Below, piece after piece: positions 1 to 10,760 of a stretch of 64,000 nt of DNA. Both the position numbers and the translations under genes were made by a program. A model generated the notes under the pieces. It worked only from the letters and a program-made list of their open reading frames with translations, was not told where the DNA came from and did no database searches. Source of the DNA: Rhodothermales bacterium (GTDB taxonomy: Bacteria; Bacteroidota; Rhodothermia; Rhodothermales; Bin80); NCBI GenBank assembly GCA_965220935.1, contig OZ244857.1:2330931-2394930 (forward strand). The letters are read 5' to 3'. Numbering within the stretch: the first letter of the stretch is position 1; each line of letters starts with the position of its first letter.

Positions 1-64
1 ACATGGAATATTCGGAAGTATCGCCCGAGATAGTATTCGCTTCACTGTCTTTCCGCCAAATTGA

Positions 65-1258
65 TCAGATCTCGCTCATTGTTTCTTGAATCAGCATGTC
101 AACGACCGCTTTGATGGCATCGTCTGACGAGGCACCATTATCAATAGCATCTTGATAGGTCTTGCGTTGCCAGTGAGCACTAGTTCCCCGCTTAAGAATT
201 GTTCGGGCATGTTCAACTTCTTCAATGCATCCAAGACTATCGGCGTCGGGCATAATGTGCTCCAATAACTCTTCTGTCAAATCAGAATAAGGAACCATCT
301 CTCCTTTGCCGAAATCAATGAGCTCCCCATCAATACCATAGCGTTGAGCGAGCCATCGATTTTCATAAAGAAGCATATTTGCATAGCTTCTCCACCGTTG
401 ATTTTCACGTCGAAGGCGCCACAGCATATGTAGCCAGCATTGATATAAGGCGGCGATACATATTGCGTCATCAACTCGAGTACAAACATCCGTGATCCGC
501 ATTTCTAACGTTGGAAAATGATGACTTGGGCGAACATCCCACCAAATTTTTGAACTATCCTCAATCACACCTGCATGGACTAAAATGCTTACATGTCGCT
601 CCATTTCTGCATAGCTTTCAAAGTGTTCTGGCAATCCAGTGCGAGGGAATTCATTCCATACTGCAATTCTATATGACATCAATCCAGTATCTCGTCCCTC
701 CCAAAACGGGGATGATGAGCTCAGCGCCAGTAAATGTGGCAGGACATAAGTGGCTTGATTCATCAGGTCTATCCTCAGGTTATTATCTTCAACTCCTGCA
801 TGGATATGCATTCCACAGATCACCATGCGTTGAGCAATCTTTTGCATATTTTCGGCTAAGGTTTCGTAGCGCTGACGGGGGGTATGCATCTGTGTAATGT
901 AGGATGCTTGAGGATGAGAGGAGGAGGCAATGATTGCAAGTCCGTAGGGTTTAATGACATCAGACACAGTACCGCGTAGCTGTTTGAGTTCTTCGCGCGC
1001 CTCTTGAACGGTCTTGCAGACGGCGGTTCCAACTTCAATTTGTGATTGAAAAAATTCCTGTGATACTTGCTCACCCATGGCTTTTCGGGCATCTTTGAGC
1101 ATTTGGGATGATGCCTCACGGATGAGTGTCCCAGTTTCACGGTCTACAATCAGATATTCTTCTTCAATGCCAAGGCTCAACGAGGGCTTCGTCAGGATTT
1201 GTGATGCTATAGACATATTAACGGTTGAGAGGGTGATGGTTGGGCGCTCTTGAATCAA
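65..1258 (-). CDS. carboxylate-amine ligase, YbdK / glutamate-cysteine ligase family 2
   Basis: 397-aa ORF with 'LGIEEEYLIVD' near the N-terminus and 'CGMHIHAGV', typical of the GCS2/YbdK family. Start uncertain (TTG at 1258 or ATG at 1216). Confidence 0.8.
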   Translation of the reverse strand: MIQERPTITLSTVNMSIASQILTKPSLSLGIEEEYLIVDRETGTLIREASSQMLKDARKAMGEQVSQEFFQSQIEVGTAVCKTVQEAREELKQLRGTVSDVIKPYGLAIIASSSHPQASYITQMHTPRQRYETLAENMQKIAQRMVICGMHIHAGVEDNNLRIDLMNQATYVLPHLLALSSSSPFWEGRDTGLMSYRIAVWNEFPRTGLPEHFESYAEMERHVSILVHAGVIEDSSKIWWDVRPSHHFPTLEMRITDVCTRVDDAICIAALYQCWLHMLWRLRRENQRWRSYANMLLYENRWLAQRYGIDGELIDFGKGEMVPYSDLTEELLEHIMPDADSLGCIEEVEHARTILKRGTSAHWQRKTYQDAIDNGASSDDAIKAVVDMLIQETMSEI

Positions 1259-1423
1259 GGGCCGTCATCTACAATTTACTAAAAATAGGCATCTGATTGG
1301 ATTTTTTATGAATCATTCACTCAGATAGTCGTCTCTTCTGAGGGGGGTTGTTTATGATCTTAAATCAAGTGTGACTTGAGATTTACGTGATGATTATGCG
1401 TATTTTAGAATGACTTCTTATAT

Positions 1424-2269
1424 GTGAGAATGCACCTTGACTTCATTCAACGTTTGAGAAATGCCCAAAATGAAACTGGCGGTATCGTCTGTGTTGGCTT
1501 AGACCCCGATTTAGACAAGATCCCAAAATTTCTTCGTCAAAAATTTGAGTCAGCTGCCTCTGCGGTTGTGGCATTTAATGAAGCGATCATTGAGTCCACG
1601 GCTCCCTATGCATGTGCCTATAAACTCAACTCTGCATTCTACGAGGTGCTTGGAAAGGATGGCTTTGATGTTTTGAAAACCACGATCAATTTAATTCCAA
1701 AGAATAAAATTTGTCTTGTTGACGGTAAGCGTGGTGACATCGGCAACACTGCTTCCAAGTATGCCTCTACCATGTTTGATTATCTCAATGCCGATGCGTG
1801 CACAGTGTCTCCTTATATGGGCTCAGACGCGATCAGTCCATTTTTAGCCTATCCAGATCGTGCGGCATTTATTCTCGTTAGAACATCTAACTCAAGTGGT
1901 CACCACTTTCAATCACTTAAGATCAATGATCAACCTCTGTACAAACATGTTGCTGAGTTAGCTGACAGCTTGGACAAAAGCTCGGCGGGATCTATTGGAT
2001 TTGTGGTCGGTGCTACAAATCCAATAGAATTGTGTCGTCTTCGTGCGGACTATCCAGAGACACCATTTCTGATTCCAGGTATAGGAGCTCAGGGAGGTGA
2101 TTTGGATGCTGTTGGTCAAGTAGCGACTTCAAGGGGACTTGTGTTGGTCAATAGCAGTCGGAGTATTCTATACGCTTCCGAATCTATCCATTTTCATTCA
2201 GCTGCGGCCGATGCCGCGCGCGATCTACGCGACTTACTCAACCAAGCAATTTCTGCTCATGCTGATTAG
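1424..2269 (+). CDS. pyrF: orotidine 5'-phosphate decarboxylase (type 2)
   Basis: 'VCVGLDPDLDKIP', 'YKLNSAFYE', 'DGKRGDIGNTA' and 'PGIGAQGG' motifs. GTG at 1424 or ATG at 1430 as start. Confidence 0.9.
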   Translation: MRMHLDFIQRLRNAQNETGGIVCVGLDPDLDKIPKFLRQKFESAASAVVAFNEAIIESTAPYACAYKLNSAFYEVLGKDGFDVLKTTINLIPKNKICLVDGKRGDIGNTASKYASTMFDYLNADACTVSPYMGSDAISPFLAYPDRAAFILVRTSNSSGHHFQSLKINDQPLYKHVAELADSLDKSSAGSIGFVVGATNPIELCRLRADYPETPFLIPGIGAQGGDLDAVGQVATSRGLVLVNSSRSILYASESIHFHSAAADAARDLRDLLNQAISAHAD

Positions 2270-2561
2270 ACTTGTCCGATTGACACTCAAGTCGGATGCT
2301 GGCCCTGTATTTCACAGGCGATTCAAGAAAATTGCTCCCAGAATTCAGCAAGCTTCTGGATGCCTTAGATTGGGTCTTTGGGTTGACGTTAACTGTGCTA
2401 CTATTGTCACCACATACAGCGAATGGGAGTCTGAATCATGCCTGAATGCCTACATTAACTCTGATGTGTTCAAAGAGAATTGGGCCTTAGTGAAGCCCCT
2501 TTTTGCAGCTCCAGCTGTCGCTCACAGCTATAGGTATTATGATCAACTTCCAGACAGTTGA
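2259..2561 (+). CDS. small ABM-like (antibiotic biosynthesis monooxygenase fold) protein
   Basis: ATG at 2259 overlaps the pyrF stop by 11 nt. The 100-aa product 'MLIRLVRLTLKSD...EWESESCLNAYINSDVFKE' resembles ABM/Dabb domains. The upstream part of track ORF 2139..2561 is out-of-frame overlap with pyrF. Confidence 0.5.
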   Translation: MLIRLVRLTLKSDAGPVFHRRFKKIAPRIQQASGCLRLGLWVDVNCATIVTTYSEWESESCLNAYINSDVFKENWALVKPLFAAPAVAHSYRYYDQLPDS

Positions 2562-2756
2562 TTTGACTTCTACAAATGATTGCACTCACAGAAGAACACC
2601 TTGCTCTTTGGAAAGTAGCTTTATCCAAGAGCGTCACAAGCGACACTTACACGAAATAATACCATCCAGAAACGCAATCATAATGCATTTAGTCTCAATT
2701 CTAACCTTTGATCATATTTCGGTGTAAAGCTTCATCAGATTACACTAATTAATTCA

Positions 2757-3230
2757 TCATGCGATAGATTTGCGTAAATTCGCAGTTACGAATGCGACAA
2801 AAGCCTTACGTTTGGGCAGTTTGGACTTCTTAAAACCAATGATTGCCATCTCAGCGTGTGTAATATCTTTCAATACTTCGGAACGAATAAGCCGTACATC
2901 AGGATCATAATCGGCATCGTATCTGATGGATTGAAGTTTCAAAAATATTTCAGCAAATTTCTGAATAGATAGAGGAAATTGGATCATTAAATCTGTTCTT
3001 TTACAGCATTGAGCGACCTTGGTATGAACGATAGAACGGTAAGCATATTTCCACGCGGTCTTGTTTCTTGTTTTAGAATTAGTACCAATCAATCCATCTG
3101 CATATGCATTGGCCACGCAGTGAAACATAGCGTAGTATGCTGTACTGCTTGCCCTACGGAGATCAGCTTGTTGAGGCTTTCCACCTCGGCCTAACTTCCT
3201 TGCAGTTCTAATCAGATGTAGGGGATTCAT
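2757..3230 (-). CDS. HEPN/UPF0332-like all-helical protein (orphan)
   Basis: 'ADLRRASSTAYYAMFHCVANAYADGL' and 'LQSIRYDADYDP' resemble the UPF0332/HEPN helical fold. I found no clean Rx4-6H motif and no intact partner gene upstream. Confidence 0.45.
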   Translation of the reverse strand: MNPLHLIRTARKLGRGGKPQQADLRRASSTAYYAMFHCVANAYADGLIGTNSKTRNKTAWKYAYRSIVHTKVAQCCKRTDLMIQFPLSIQKFAEIFLKLQSIRYDADYDPDVRLIRSEVLKDITHAEMAIIGFKKSKLPKRKAFVAFVTANLRKSIA

Positions 3231-3476
3231 TCACCTCGTCAAATTGGCTAAGCGTGATAAGTCTTCAATTTTCATGGCTATACAACCATACGAAGATATT
3301 ATTAAATTGACACCAACATGATATGGGTTCGTATTGAAATCTATCACGAACATGGACCCATTACATCAAAAGTGATCAGTTAGAACCAAAGACTGTATCT
3401 CGCTTATCATCAACGAAACACCGTTGCGCGCTGCCTTACTTCCAAGAGATCAGACCAGCCTGAATACGCAGTCTTA

Positions 3477-3808
3477 TTAGATGACTAATTCTTCCTTAGG
3501 AGTATTTTCAAGGTAGTCTTCGTACTCAATGTAGGAATCAACAATTAATCTTTTTTCATTCATTTCATGAAGTAGTGGGCGAATGAGTAGTGTAAATTCC
3601 ATAGAACGATCAATATCAAGTTCTCCGTCAGACGTATAAACAAACCTCACACGCAGGAACCCTTCATCATCAAAAAATGAGGGGCGCTCTTCAACTGAAT
3701 GAGCTTTAATTCAGCGTTCTCATATTGTTTTTCAAAAGAAGCAACGAAGAACTTTTCTTGTTCGTTAAGTGGTTCGGTAACTTTCTTGAAGCGATTATCG
3801 GTGGACAT
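3477..3808 (-). pseudogene. frameshifted small ORF of unknown function (~110 aa if repaired)
   Basis: ATG at 3808 reads MSTDNRFKKVTEPLNEQEKFFVASFEKQYENAELKLIQLKSAP and then stops. A second frame continues ...SFFDDEGFLRVRFVYTSDGELDIDRSMEFTLLIRPLLHEMNEKRLIVDSYIEYEDYLENTPKEELVI to the TAA at 3477. The shift lies near the A/T run at ~3680. Confidence 0.4.
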
Positions 3809-3893
3809 TATATAATTATTGAGTCAGAACGGGATATAATTGCTGTAACGAGTGGAGATAATGTTTAGCATCACATGATTGACAATTGTTTTG

Positions 3894-4526
3894 CTAAGTG
3901 GCTGCATCAGACGAAAAGTCAATATTCGGAAGTCCATCAACGATTGTGATGGTTTCCAGGCTCACGGTAATCACCTTGGCAAGTAGCCTGAGCGGATAGG
4001 CTGGATCCTTCATGGTTTCAATCGCAAACCGGTTGGCATCATTTACGATCTGGCTATCTTTATCCGTTTTCACACCTTGTCTTTCCATCACCCATGCGAT
4101 GGCACTTTTACCATTGACCACATAGTCATAGGCTTCTTCGGGGATATTCTGAATCGTGATATAATCATTGTAGATAATTTGGGTTCGGTCTTTATTGCGT
4201 CCTGTTCCAGGGTGTTTCATCTTCACGACCCGAAACCACTCCTCTGAGTTAACTTCATCGTTTGGCTCCCATCCCCCGCGTTCAAAGTCGATTGGGTATT
4301 CTTTAGCGTCCTCATAGTCAACATGGAGGTCTCCAAGCTTTCGTCCTGCTTCGGCAAGTGCCCAGAACTGCTCAGAATTTTTGGGTAATGGGATTCGGGG
4401 GAGTTCTTTGCTGAGATTGGCCGCATATTTTTCCCGATAGGACGGGACATGAAGGACACCGTAGATATAGAAGAATAGATCATCATCCGAAAAAATGGGG
4501 GGGGGCAATTTGTTTACTGAATGCAC
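3894..4526 (-). pseudogene. Type ISP restriction-modification enzyme, C-terminal (target-recognition) fragment
   Basis: Continues the upstream fragment if one G is removed or added in the G9 run at 4497-4505 (...FSKQIAPP|PIFSDDDLFFYIYGVLHVPSYREKY...). The 'LPRIPL' C-terminal region is typical of Type ISP/IIG enzymes. Confidence 0.75.
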
Positions 4527-6141
4527 TCAAGGCAGTCTCCGAAATGGCGCTTTCACGTATGTAGCCGTAGCGATCAGTTTGAAGATATGCGCTTGTAATT
4601 TCGCTGGCATAGAGCGATCCTTGATCCGTAGTGGGCTTACGGTACAACCAGCGCGGAAAACACTGGCCTGACGAGATTGTATGAAGATTTGGGATATATT
4701 TTAGCATCAGAGAGGAAAAGTTGACTGTTTCTCCCCTTCCCGTCACGCAGATCACTTTATTCTCCGCTTCCTCATGCGGAAAGATCTGAGGCATTTGCAA
4801 GACACATTCATTTAGCCGTCGGCTAAAAAACATGTGGGTTTTTGTGAAGGGTCTATAATGGGCTATCGTTACCCGCCCTTCGTCTATGGACAACGCTTTA
4901 TGTTTAGCAAAATCATTCTTCAGAGCCCTTGTCCAACTAATCTTGGTTTTATCATTATTCACAAAATCCGTCATCTCTTGAAATGATAACCTGCGTCCCT
5001 GCGTGTCATGTTCCAAGAGTCGTTGACGCTCACTTTCATAAAATCGAATCATGGACTGAATATTTAGACGTAGAGCTGTCTCTGAATAGTTATAGCACCA
5101 TGCATCACGATTCGTCCCAACCCCCAGCGAGTAATTCTTGAAAATCACATCCTTTGACGTGCCCCTTTTATCCCCCAGTGCCATGAACTTCTCAAATCCA
5201 GCATCCCGCTGATTGAGCCAGTCATGGTGAACATCGGGTTTGATTTTTATCCATTGACCGATGATGCCCGTTATACTTTTTAATTCATTGAGTTTCTGGA
5301 GCTTTTCGTTAGCACTCAGGTAATCCCCAATGTCGTAATATCTAATGTGGCAGGATTTCTGGGATGGGTTTTTGACAAGTAAGAGTACAGACGCTGCAGT
5401 TCTAACCCCAAACACATTTCCACCTTCTGTGCGTAACCGTTCTCCCTGAGTGCGCAGATTTCCCTTTAAGTTCAGAACATAAATTGAACTGAATTCATCC
5501 TCCAAGCATTCCCGCATCCCATCCATCGCATTGCCATCCAGCCAACTGGAGTTGGTCACAAAGCCGATGACTCCACTTTTTTCAATTCGGTCGGATACCC
5601 AACGGAGCGCTAAGATGTAGCTGTCATAGAGATTTCTCTTTAGACCCGCATTAGAATTGCTTGCATACGAATCTTCAACCCTTTGGTTAAGTATCGGATA
5701 GGACTGATTCTGCGCCGCATCATTCTGGCTTTTTTGCCCGGCACTCCATGGAGGATTTCCAACGATCACACGGATCTGAGACGCTTTCTGCCGCTTGCGC
5801 TGCTCGGAATTATCAACCATGAGTTCGGCAATCTCGTCTTTTTTATCCTGCATCTCAAACGTATCGGTCAGAATGATCCCAGGAAAACGCTCGTACGCAT
5901 CGGTCCCTACCATTGCATGATAGGCGTCTTCAATATTCACCGCTGCAATGTAATAGGCCAGTAGCGTAATTTCATTCGCGTGGATTTGATGGCGATACTT
6001 ATGGGGCAATGCCTCTTTATCAATCAAATCATTTTCAATCATGCGCGTGATGAATGTTCCTGTGCCAGTGAATGGATCAAGAATCTCAACTCCCTTAGAA
6101 GAAAGCGTCTTTCCAAACTCATCTTGAAGTACATCATTCAC
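4483..6141 (-). pseudogene. Type ISP RM enzyme, N6-adenine DNA methyltransferase fragment
   Basis: Motif I 'ILDPFTGTGTF' and motif IV 'VIVGNPPWSAG'. Joined to the upstream fragment by a 1-nt frameshift near 6160-6166 (GIVYTPIE|.VDFILNSVNDVLQDEFG). Confidence 0.8.
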
Positions 6142-6146
6142 TGAGT

Positions 6147-6833
6147 TTAGAATGAAATCAACAACTCTATAGGGGTGTAAACAATCCCAAGCCTACCAAC
6201 AGTTTTCTTGAATGCCTTGGAAAAGAAACTGTCGTATAACTCAACCAAGAGACCCTGTCTTTTCTCTTTGGTATCCGCAGCCTTCGCTCGGTTTGCAACG
6301 CTTTCATAGAATTTTTCAAGAGACTCTACTTCGGTCTCTATGTTGGAGGGCGCTAAAACTTTGAGTAGTTTATCTATGGCCTTACTGATTGGGTTCTGAT
6401 CCACAAATTTTGAGTCTCCAAGAAGCGCCCTGAATACAGGGCGGGTGATGATATGTTGGGCAACCATTTCTATGGCATCCTCTTCAGTGATCCCGTCATT
6501 TAAGTCATCCCATAACTCAATTAGAAAATCATCAAAAACTTTCTTTGCATTGGCATGATCCTGGATATATCCTCTGATCCTATCAATATGTTTTTTGGCT
6601 ATATCCGCTATATCCACCGCCCATACCGACCAATACTTGCGATCTCCGCACTTATGGACGATTTTTGATTTCAACGCATCAAGGAACTCAAATGGAATCT
6701 CCCCCTGAATGTACTGAGGGTTTTCTTTTTCAGGATTTGACTTAATAATCCCATCTGGATTGGGGGAGTTACGGGTCCAATCACTTAATGAAATAATGCC
6801 TAACCGATCACCTGTCTCTCCCCGCTCCAACAA
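6147..6833 (-). pseudogene. Type ISP RM enzyme, coupler / methyltransferase N-terminal fragment
   Basis: Joined to the helicase fragment by a 1-nt frameshift near 6865 (QVLNAIR|.HDERFDALINLLERGE). Ends in 'GIVYTPIE', which precedes MTase motif I. Confidence 0.75.
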
Positions 6834-6838
6834 ATTGA

Positions 6839-8701
6839 TCAGCGCATCAAAGCGCTCATCATGATGCGAATGGCATTTAAGACCTGCCAGACCACCTCAA
6901 ACGTTTTATTGTTGTTGAGTTCCACAACAGGATCACTCCCTACTGGGATCACCACTGGCAATATGATATACCCCATCTTTTTGTGCTGACTCTTTCTCAT
7001 CACACGCCCTACAGCTTGGACAACCTCCACTTGACTCTTACGAGGATGCAGAAACATTATGGCATCAAAAGCTGGGACATCTACGCCTTCAGATAAACAC
7101 CTGACATTTGTCAAGACATGACAAGTATGATCCTGAGGATTGACTGACTCCAGCCAATTTAATTTCTCATTCCGTTCTACAGCCTGGTGTTTCCCATCAA
7201 TATGCCGCACTTCAATTTTTTGGTTGATTACACCATTCTCCGTCTTCTGCCTATCATTGAATTCTTCCGCAAGAGCCGGAAAAATCTTGGCAACTTTCTC
7301 AGAAATAGAAATCTTTCTACAATAGGCGATCACTCGTCTCATTGGAATCAAGTCATCGCCAAACTCTTGATGATCCAGTTTTGCAATAGCCCGATAACAT
7401 CCAGTGAGCTTCCCAGCTTCATCAAGAGAAATATCGTGCTTCTCCATGATTCGCGAGGACTCCTTTGCCACTGCATCCCCTGGTACTTCCAGTATGATCA
7501 CTTTATAATCCGATAACAACTCTTGCTCTACCGAAGATCCAAAACAGATTTCATACAGAACAGGTCCAAAGACTTGTTCATCTTCCATTGAATAGATGAT
7601 TATGCCCTCCTGATTCGCTTTATCTTTTGCACTCGTAGAGTAGATTTTTGGAGTGGCGGTCATATAAAGTCTACGATCCGATCGGACACTATCCTGTTCG
7701 TGGATTTTCACAAACGCACTGTCTTTTTTATCATTCGTCGTGTTTCTGTCACCTGCAGTACGGTGGGCTTCATCCATGATCGCCAGATCAAAATCAGCAA
7801 GTGCATGGCGCTTCTGGGCTTTCTCAATCACCTCTATGGATTGGTAAGTCGCAAATACAACGGTCATTTGATTTGGAGAAGCACCACCGACACGGTCTGC
7901 CAACTTAGACGCGTCAGTGTTTGCAGGGTATGGCATATCTAAGACGGACAAATCAATCCTATCATCCTGCGACCTACTTTTTTGTACGACTTGGTGATCA
8001 CTACACACCGCGTAGTAGCGGAGAGAAATCCTTGAATCTCTTGTCCACTCTCGAATCGTTTGAGACATCAATGATAAACTGGGCACTAAATAAAGCACTC
8101 GTCCACCTACTCCAACCAGTTCCTCTGCGATACGAAGCGATGTAAATGTTTTACCCGTACCACATGCCATGATCATTTTACCACGCGCCCCTTTCACCGA
8201 TAGCCCAGTCTTCACTTTTGCAATCGCCTCTTTCTGATGATCATAAGGCGTTTTGGGCGCCTCAACGACTATCTCGTTAGTTCTGATATACTGCTCCCAA
8301 TTGATATCGCTATCCAGTAGATCGTGTAACCCTATCCGAAATAATTTAGGATCTTGATGAGACAGGATATTTTGAACAGTGGAGGTTAAAGGGACTCCCG
8401 TTGAATCAATAAGAATTCTCTGACTGAAAAACCTACGTGAGGAGTCTGACAAAAATTTATAAATATCTTTCTTTGATAGTTTATATCCTTCCTTATAGAA
8501 TTTACATTGAATGGCAACATCACGTTCATGCCCCTTAATTTTGGCAACAAGGTCAATGCCCTGATCTGGCCTTAGTATCCCTTTGCTCTGTGCCCATTGT
8601 GAATAAGGCTCAACGGACTCATAGATGTCTTGGTAGGCACTGTCATGTAACAGAAAAATCCTACATATCTCCTCAAATTTTGTACCAATGGCGCGTTCCA
8701 C
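6839..8701 (-). pseudogene. Type ISP RM enzyme, Mrr-like nuclease + SF2 helicase-like ATPase fragment
   Basis: Mrr-cat-like 'GIDLVAKIKGHERDVAIQCKFY'. Helicase motif I 'MACGTGKTFT', motif II 'MDEAHRTAG', motif VI-like 'QAVGRVMR'. The 5' end is separated from its first 14 codons by the IS at 8722-10759. Confidence 0.85.
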
Positions 8702-8955
8702 GCTAAGATCAGCAGTTCTTAGGGCATGTTTAAAAATAACTTTCTCATTTAATTCAATATAATCCTATTTTTCAAATTTTCATATCTCTCTTTTCTTGCT
8801 TCATTCGGTTGAATCCATTCATTTAAGTTGAAGAGCAGATCGTTCTCTATCTCGCCTTTTACCGCTCCAAACCTTATATTAACTCCTTTTAATCCTTGCC
8901 TGTTGCAGGTTTGGCCCCCTATACGATCATCGTCGGACCGTAATGAATCTTTTAT

Positions 8956-9768
8956 TTGATCTGTCAGTTATATTATTTTTTAATCCTAACTATGACTTTT
9001 CTAATGAACGCTCCCCGATTTACCTCCAACGCGTTGGCTCTGGTCTTGCAACGCAAAGGCATCGCCACCATTTCCGAATTATCCTCTGAATTTGGCGATT
9101 GTTCCCACCGTACACTGTATCGTAAACTCAACGAGTTAGATTACCTGTCCAGCTATTCTCACCGTGGAATGTATTACACACTGCGGACGATTCCAGAGTT
9201 TGATGCCCACGGGCTTTGGTTTTACAATGACATTGGATTCTCCCATCACGGCACCCTGTCCAAGACCCTGAAGGAGTTGGTTGCGTCGTCTCCATTAGGC
9301 TATCGCAGCGCTGAGCTTGATGTGATCCTGAAGGTTCGTACGGCAAACGCATTGGGCAAACTTGTCCACGACCAACAACTCCATCGGATCTGCTTTCAGG
9401 GAAAACAGATCTACTGCTCACCAGATCCTGTTCATTACAAACGACAGCTGAATACGCGACGGATGCAATTTCAAGACAAGAGCCTACCTGCATCCATTGA
9501 AGCAGATCTGAACAACTCAAAGATCATCGCATTGTTTTACAGCTTGCTCCATGAAAAACATCGTCGCCTGTTCGCAGGTATGCTCTCTCAGTTATGGGGA
9601 TATGGAGGCGACCTGCGTGTTGAGCGCTTGCTGGGAATCAGTCGTAAGACCGTCCACAAGGGGCGCATAGAACTGAATTCCGGTCATATTGACCCCGATC
9701 GCATTCGAAACGTGGGCGGCGGCAGACCTTCAATTGAAAAAAAAACGACGGGTATATCCAGCGGTTAG
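8956..9768 (+). CDS. ISAzo13-family transposase, N-terminal (HTH) part
   Basis: Ends '...NVGGGRPSIEKK' at the A9 run, which matches the conserved GGGR...IE.K segment of ISAzo13 transposases. True start probably ATG at 8992 or 9004. Confidence 0.75.
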   Translation: MICQLYYFLILTMTFLMNAPRFTSNALALVLQRKGIATISELSSEFGDCSHRTLYRKLNELDYLSSYSHRGMYYTLRTIPEFDAHGLWFYNDIGFSHHGTLSKTLKELVASSPLGYRSAELDVILKVRTANALGKLVHDQQLHRICFQGKQIYCSPDPVHYKRQLNTRRMQFQDKSLPASIEADLNNSKIIALFYSLLHEKHRRLFAGMLSQLWGYGGDLRVERLLGISRKTVHKGRIELNSGHIDPDRIRNVGGGRPSIEKKTTGISSG

Positions 9769-9773
9769 AAGAA

Positions 9774-10697
9774 TTGATGGAATTTGAAACCGCCGGTAGC
9801 CCGATGGGTGAAGGCTTGTTTTGGACCTATCGTTCCCCACGCAAGATCGCTAGACAGTTACACAAAGAGAGATATCATGTGAGTGCTTCAACCGTGAGAA
9901 AAACCTTACGTAGTCTTGGTTATTCTGTACGCAAGAACCGTAAATGCCTGAGTCGTCCCTCTCCACCTGGACGAGATCAGCAATTCCAAATCATCTTTGC
10001 ATTGATACTCTATTGTCAAGTCAACGACATTCCGATGATTTGCGTGGATACAAAAAAGAAAGAACTCATCGGATGGTTCATCAATGCAGGGGGGAACTGG
10101 TCCAAAAAGCCCATACCAGTCAATGATCATGACTTCCTCTCCTACGCCGAGGGAAAAGCCGTCCCCTACGGAATCTACGATCGTAACGCTCACCGTGGAT
10201 CCATCTATCTTGGAGATTCCAAAGATACCCCAGAGTTCGCGGTAGATTGCATTGCGAAGTGGTTCTCCACCGAGGGAAAAACACGGTATCCGAATGCCAA
10301 TCGGTTGATCATCTTAGCCGACTGTGGTGGATCCAATAGCAACCGAGCAAAAGCATGGAAGTATTTTCTACAAAAAAAGATTGGTGACCGGTTTCAAGTG
10401 CAGGTAACCGTAGCACATTATCCCTCGGGTTCAAGTAAGTGGAATCCGATTGAACATCGCTTATTTAGTGCAATCAGTTTAAACTGGCGAGGACGCCCAC
10501 TCGACTCTTTTCAAACCATGATGAATTATATCATCACCACAACCGATAAGTCAGGGCTCAAAGTAGATGCCGTCCGAGTCACCAAACAGTATGAAACGGG
10601 AATCAAGATCAGCAAACAACAGATGAAGAATCTAAACCTTGTTTATGGCAAAGAGTTACCCCACTGGAACTATGATATTTATCCCACAAAGGTGTAA
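9774..10697 (+). CDS. ISAzo13-family transposase, DDE catalytic part (-1 frame)
   Basis: This frame is open from 9738 (KKNDGYIQRLEELMEFETAGSPMGEG...). DDE region motifs: 'ICVDTKKKELIG', 'LIILADCGGSNS', 'WNPIEHRLFS'. Confidence 0.8.
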   Translation: MMEFETAGSPMGEGLFWTYRSPRKIARQLHKERYHVSASTVRKTLRSLGYSVRKNRKCLSRPSPPGRDQQFQIIFALILYCQVNDIPMICVDTKKKELIGWFINAGGNWSKKPIPVNDHDFLSYAEGKAVPYGIYDRNAHRGSIYLGDSKDTPEFAVDCIAKWFSTEGKTRYPNANRLIILADCGGSNSNRAKAWKYFLQKKIGDRFQVQVTVAHYPSGSSKWNPIEHRLFSAISLNWRGRPLDSFQTMMNYIITTTDKSGLKVDAVRVTKQYETGIKISKQQMKNLNLVYGKELPHWNYDIYPTKV

Positions 10698-10760
10698 GTT
10701 GGGGAAATCTACAAGATCTTTTTCAGAACAAGATGGGAAAGTTATTTCTGTACATGCCCT

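Larger units (their letters stand above)
8722..10759 (+). mobile_element. ISAzo13-family insertion sequence (2038 bp)
   Basis: Imperfect 25-bp terminal inverted repeats: GGGCATGTTTAAAAATAACTTTCTC at 8722-8746, and the reverse complement of 10735-10759 = GGGCATGTACAGAAATAACTTTCCC (21/25). Flanked by TTA direct repeats at 8719-8721 and 10760-10762. Encodes an ISAzo13-type DDE transposase in two frames. Confidence 0.8.

Noticed and set aside
277-1140. Track ORFs 277-489(-), 511-897(+) and 856-1140(-)
   Set aside because: They lie entirely inside or antisense to the well-supported YbdK-family gene, and their products are low-complexity with no motifs. The same reasoning applies to embedded or antisense ORFs in the nuo genes (13189-13413, 15202-15567, 16083-16265, 16570-16830, 17625-17858), mdh (22183-22485, 22591-22890), the M16 peptidase, the cytochrome, the RM fragments and the IS elements.
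2139-2258. N-terminal 40 codons of track ORF 2139-2561
   Set aside because: This segment is an out-of-frame overlap with the 3' end of pyrF. The ABM-like domain starts at the ATG at 2259.
3231-3275. 13-codon ORF (MKIEDLSRLANLTR) overlapping the HEPN-like gene start by TGAATG
   Set aside because: It is too short to call. It may be the last remnant of a lost partner gene and is mentioned only in the finding.
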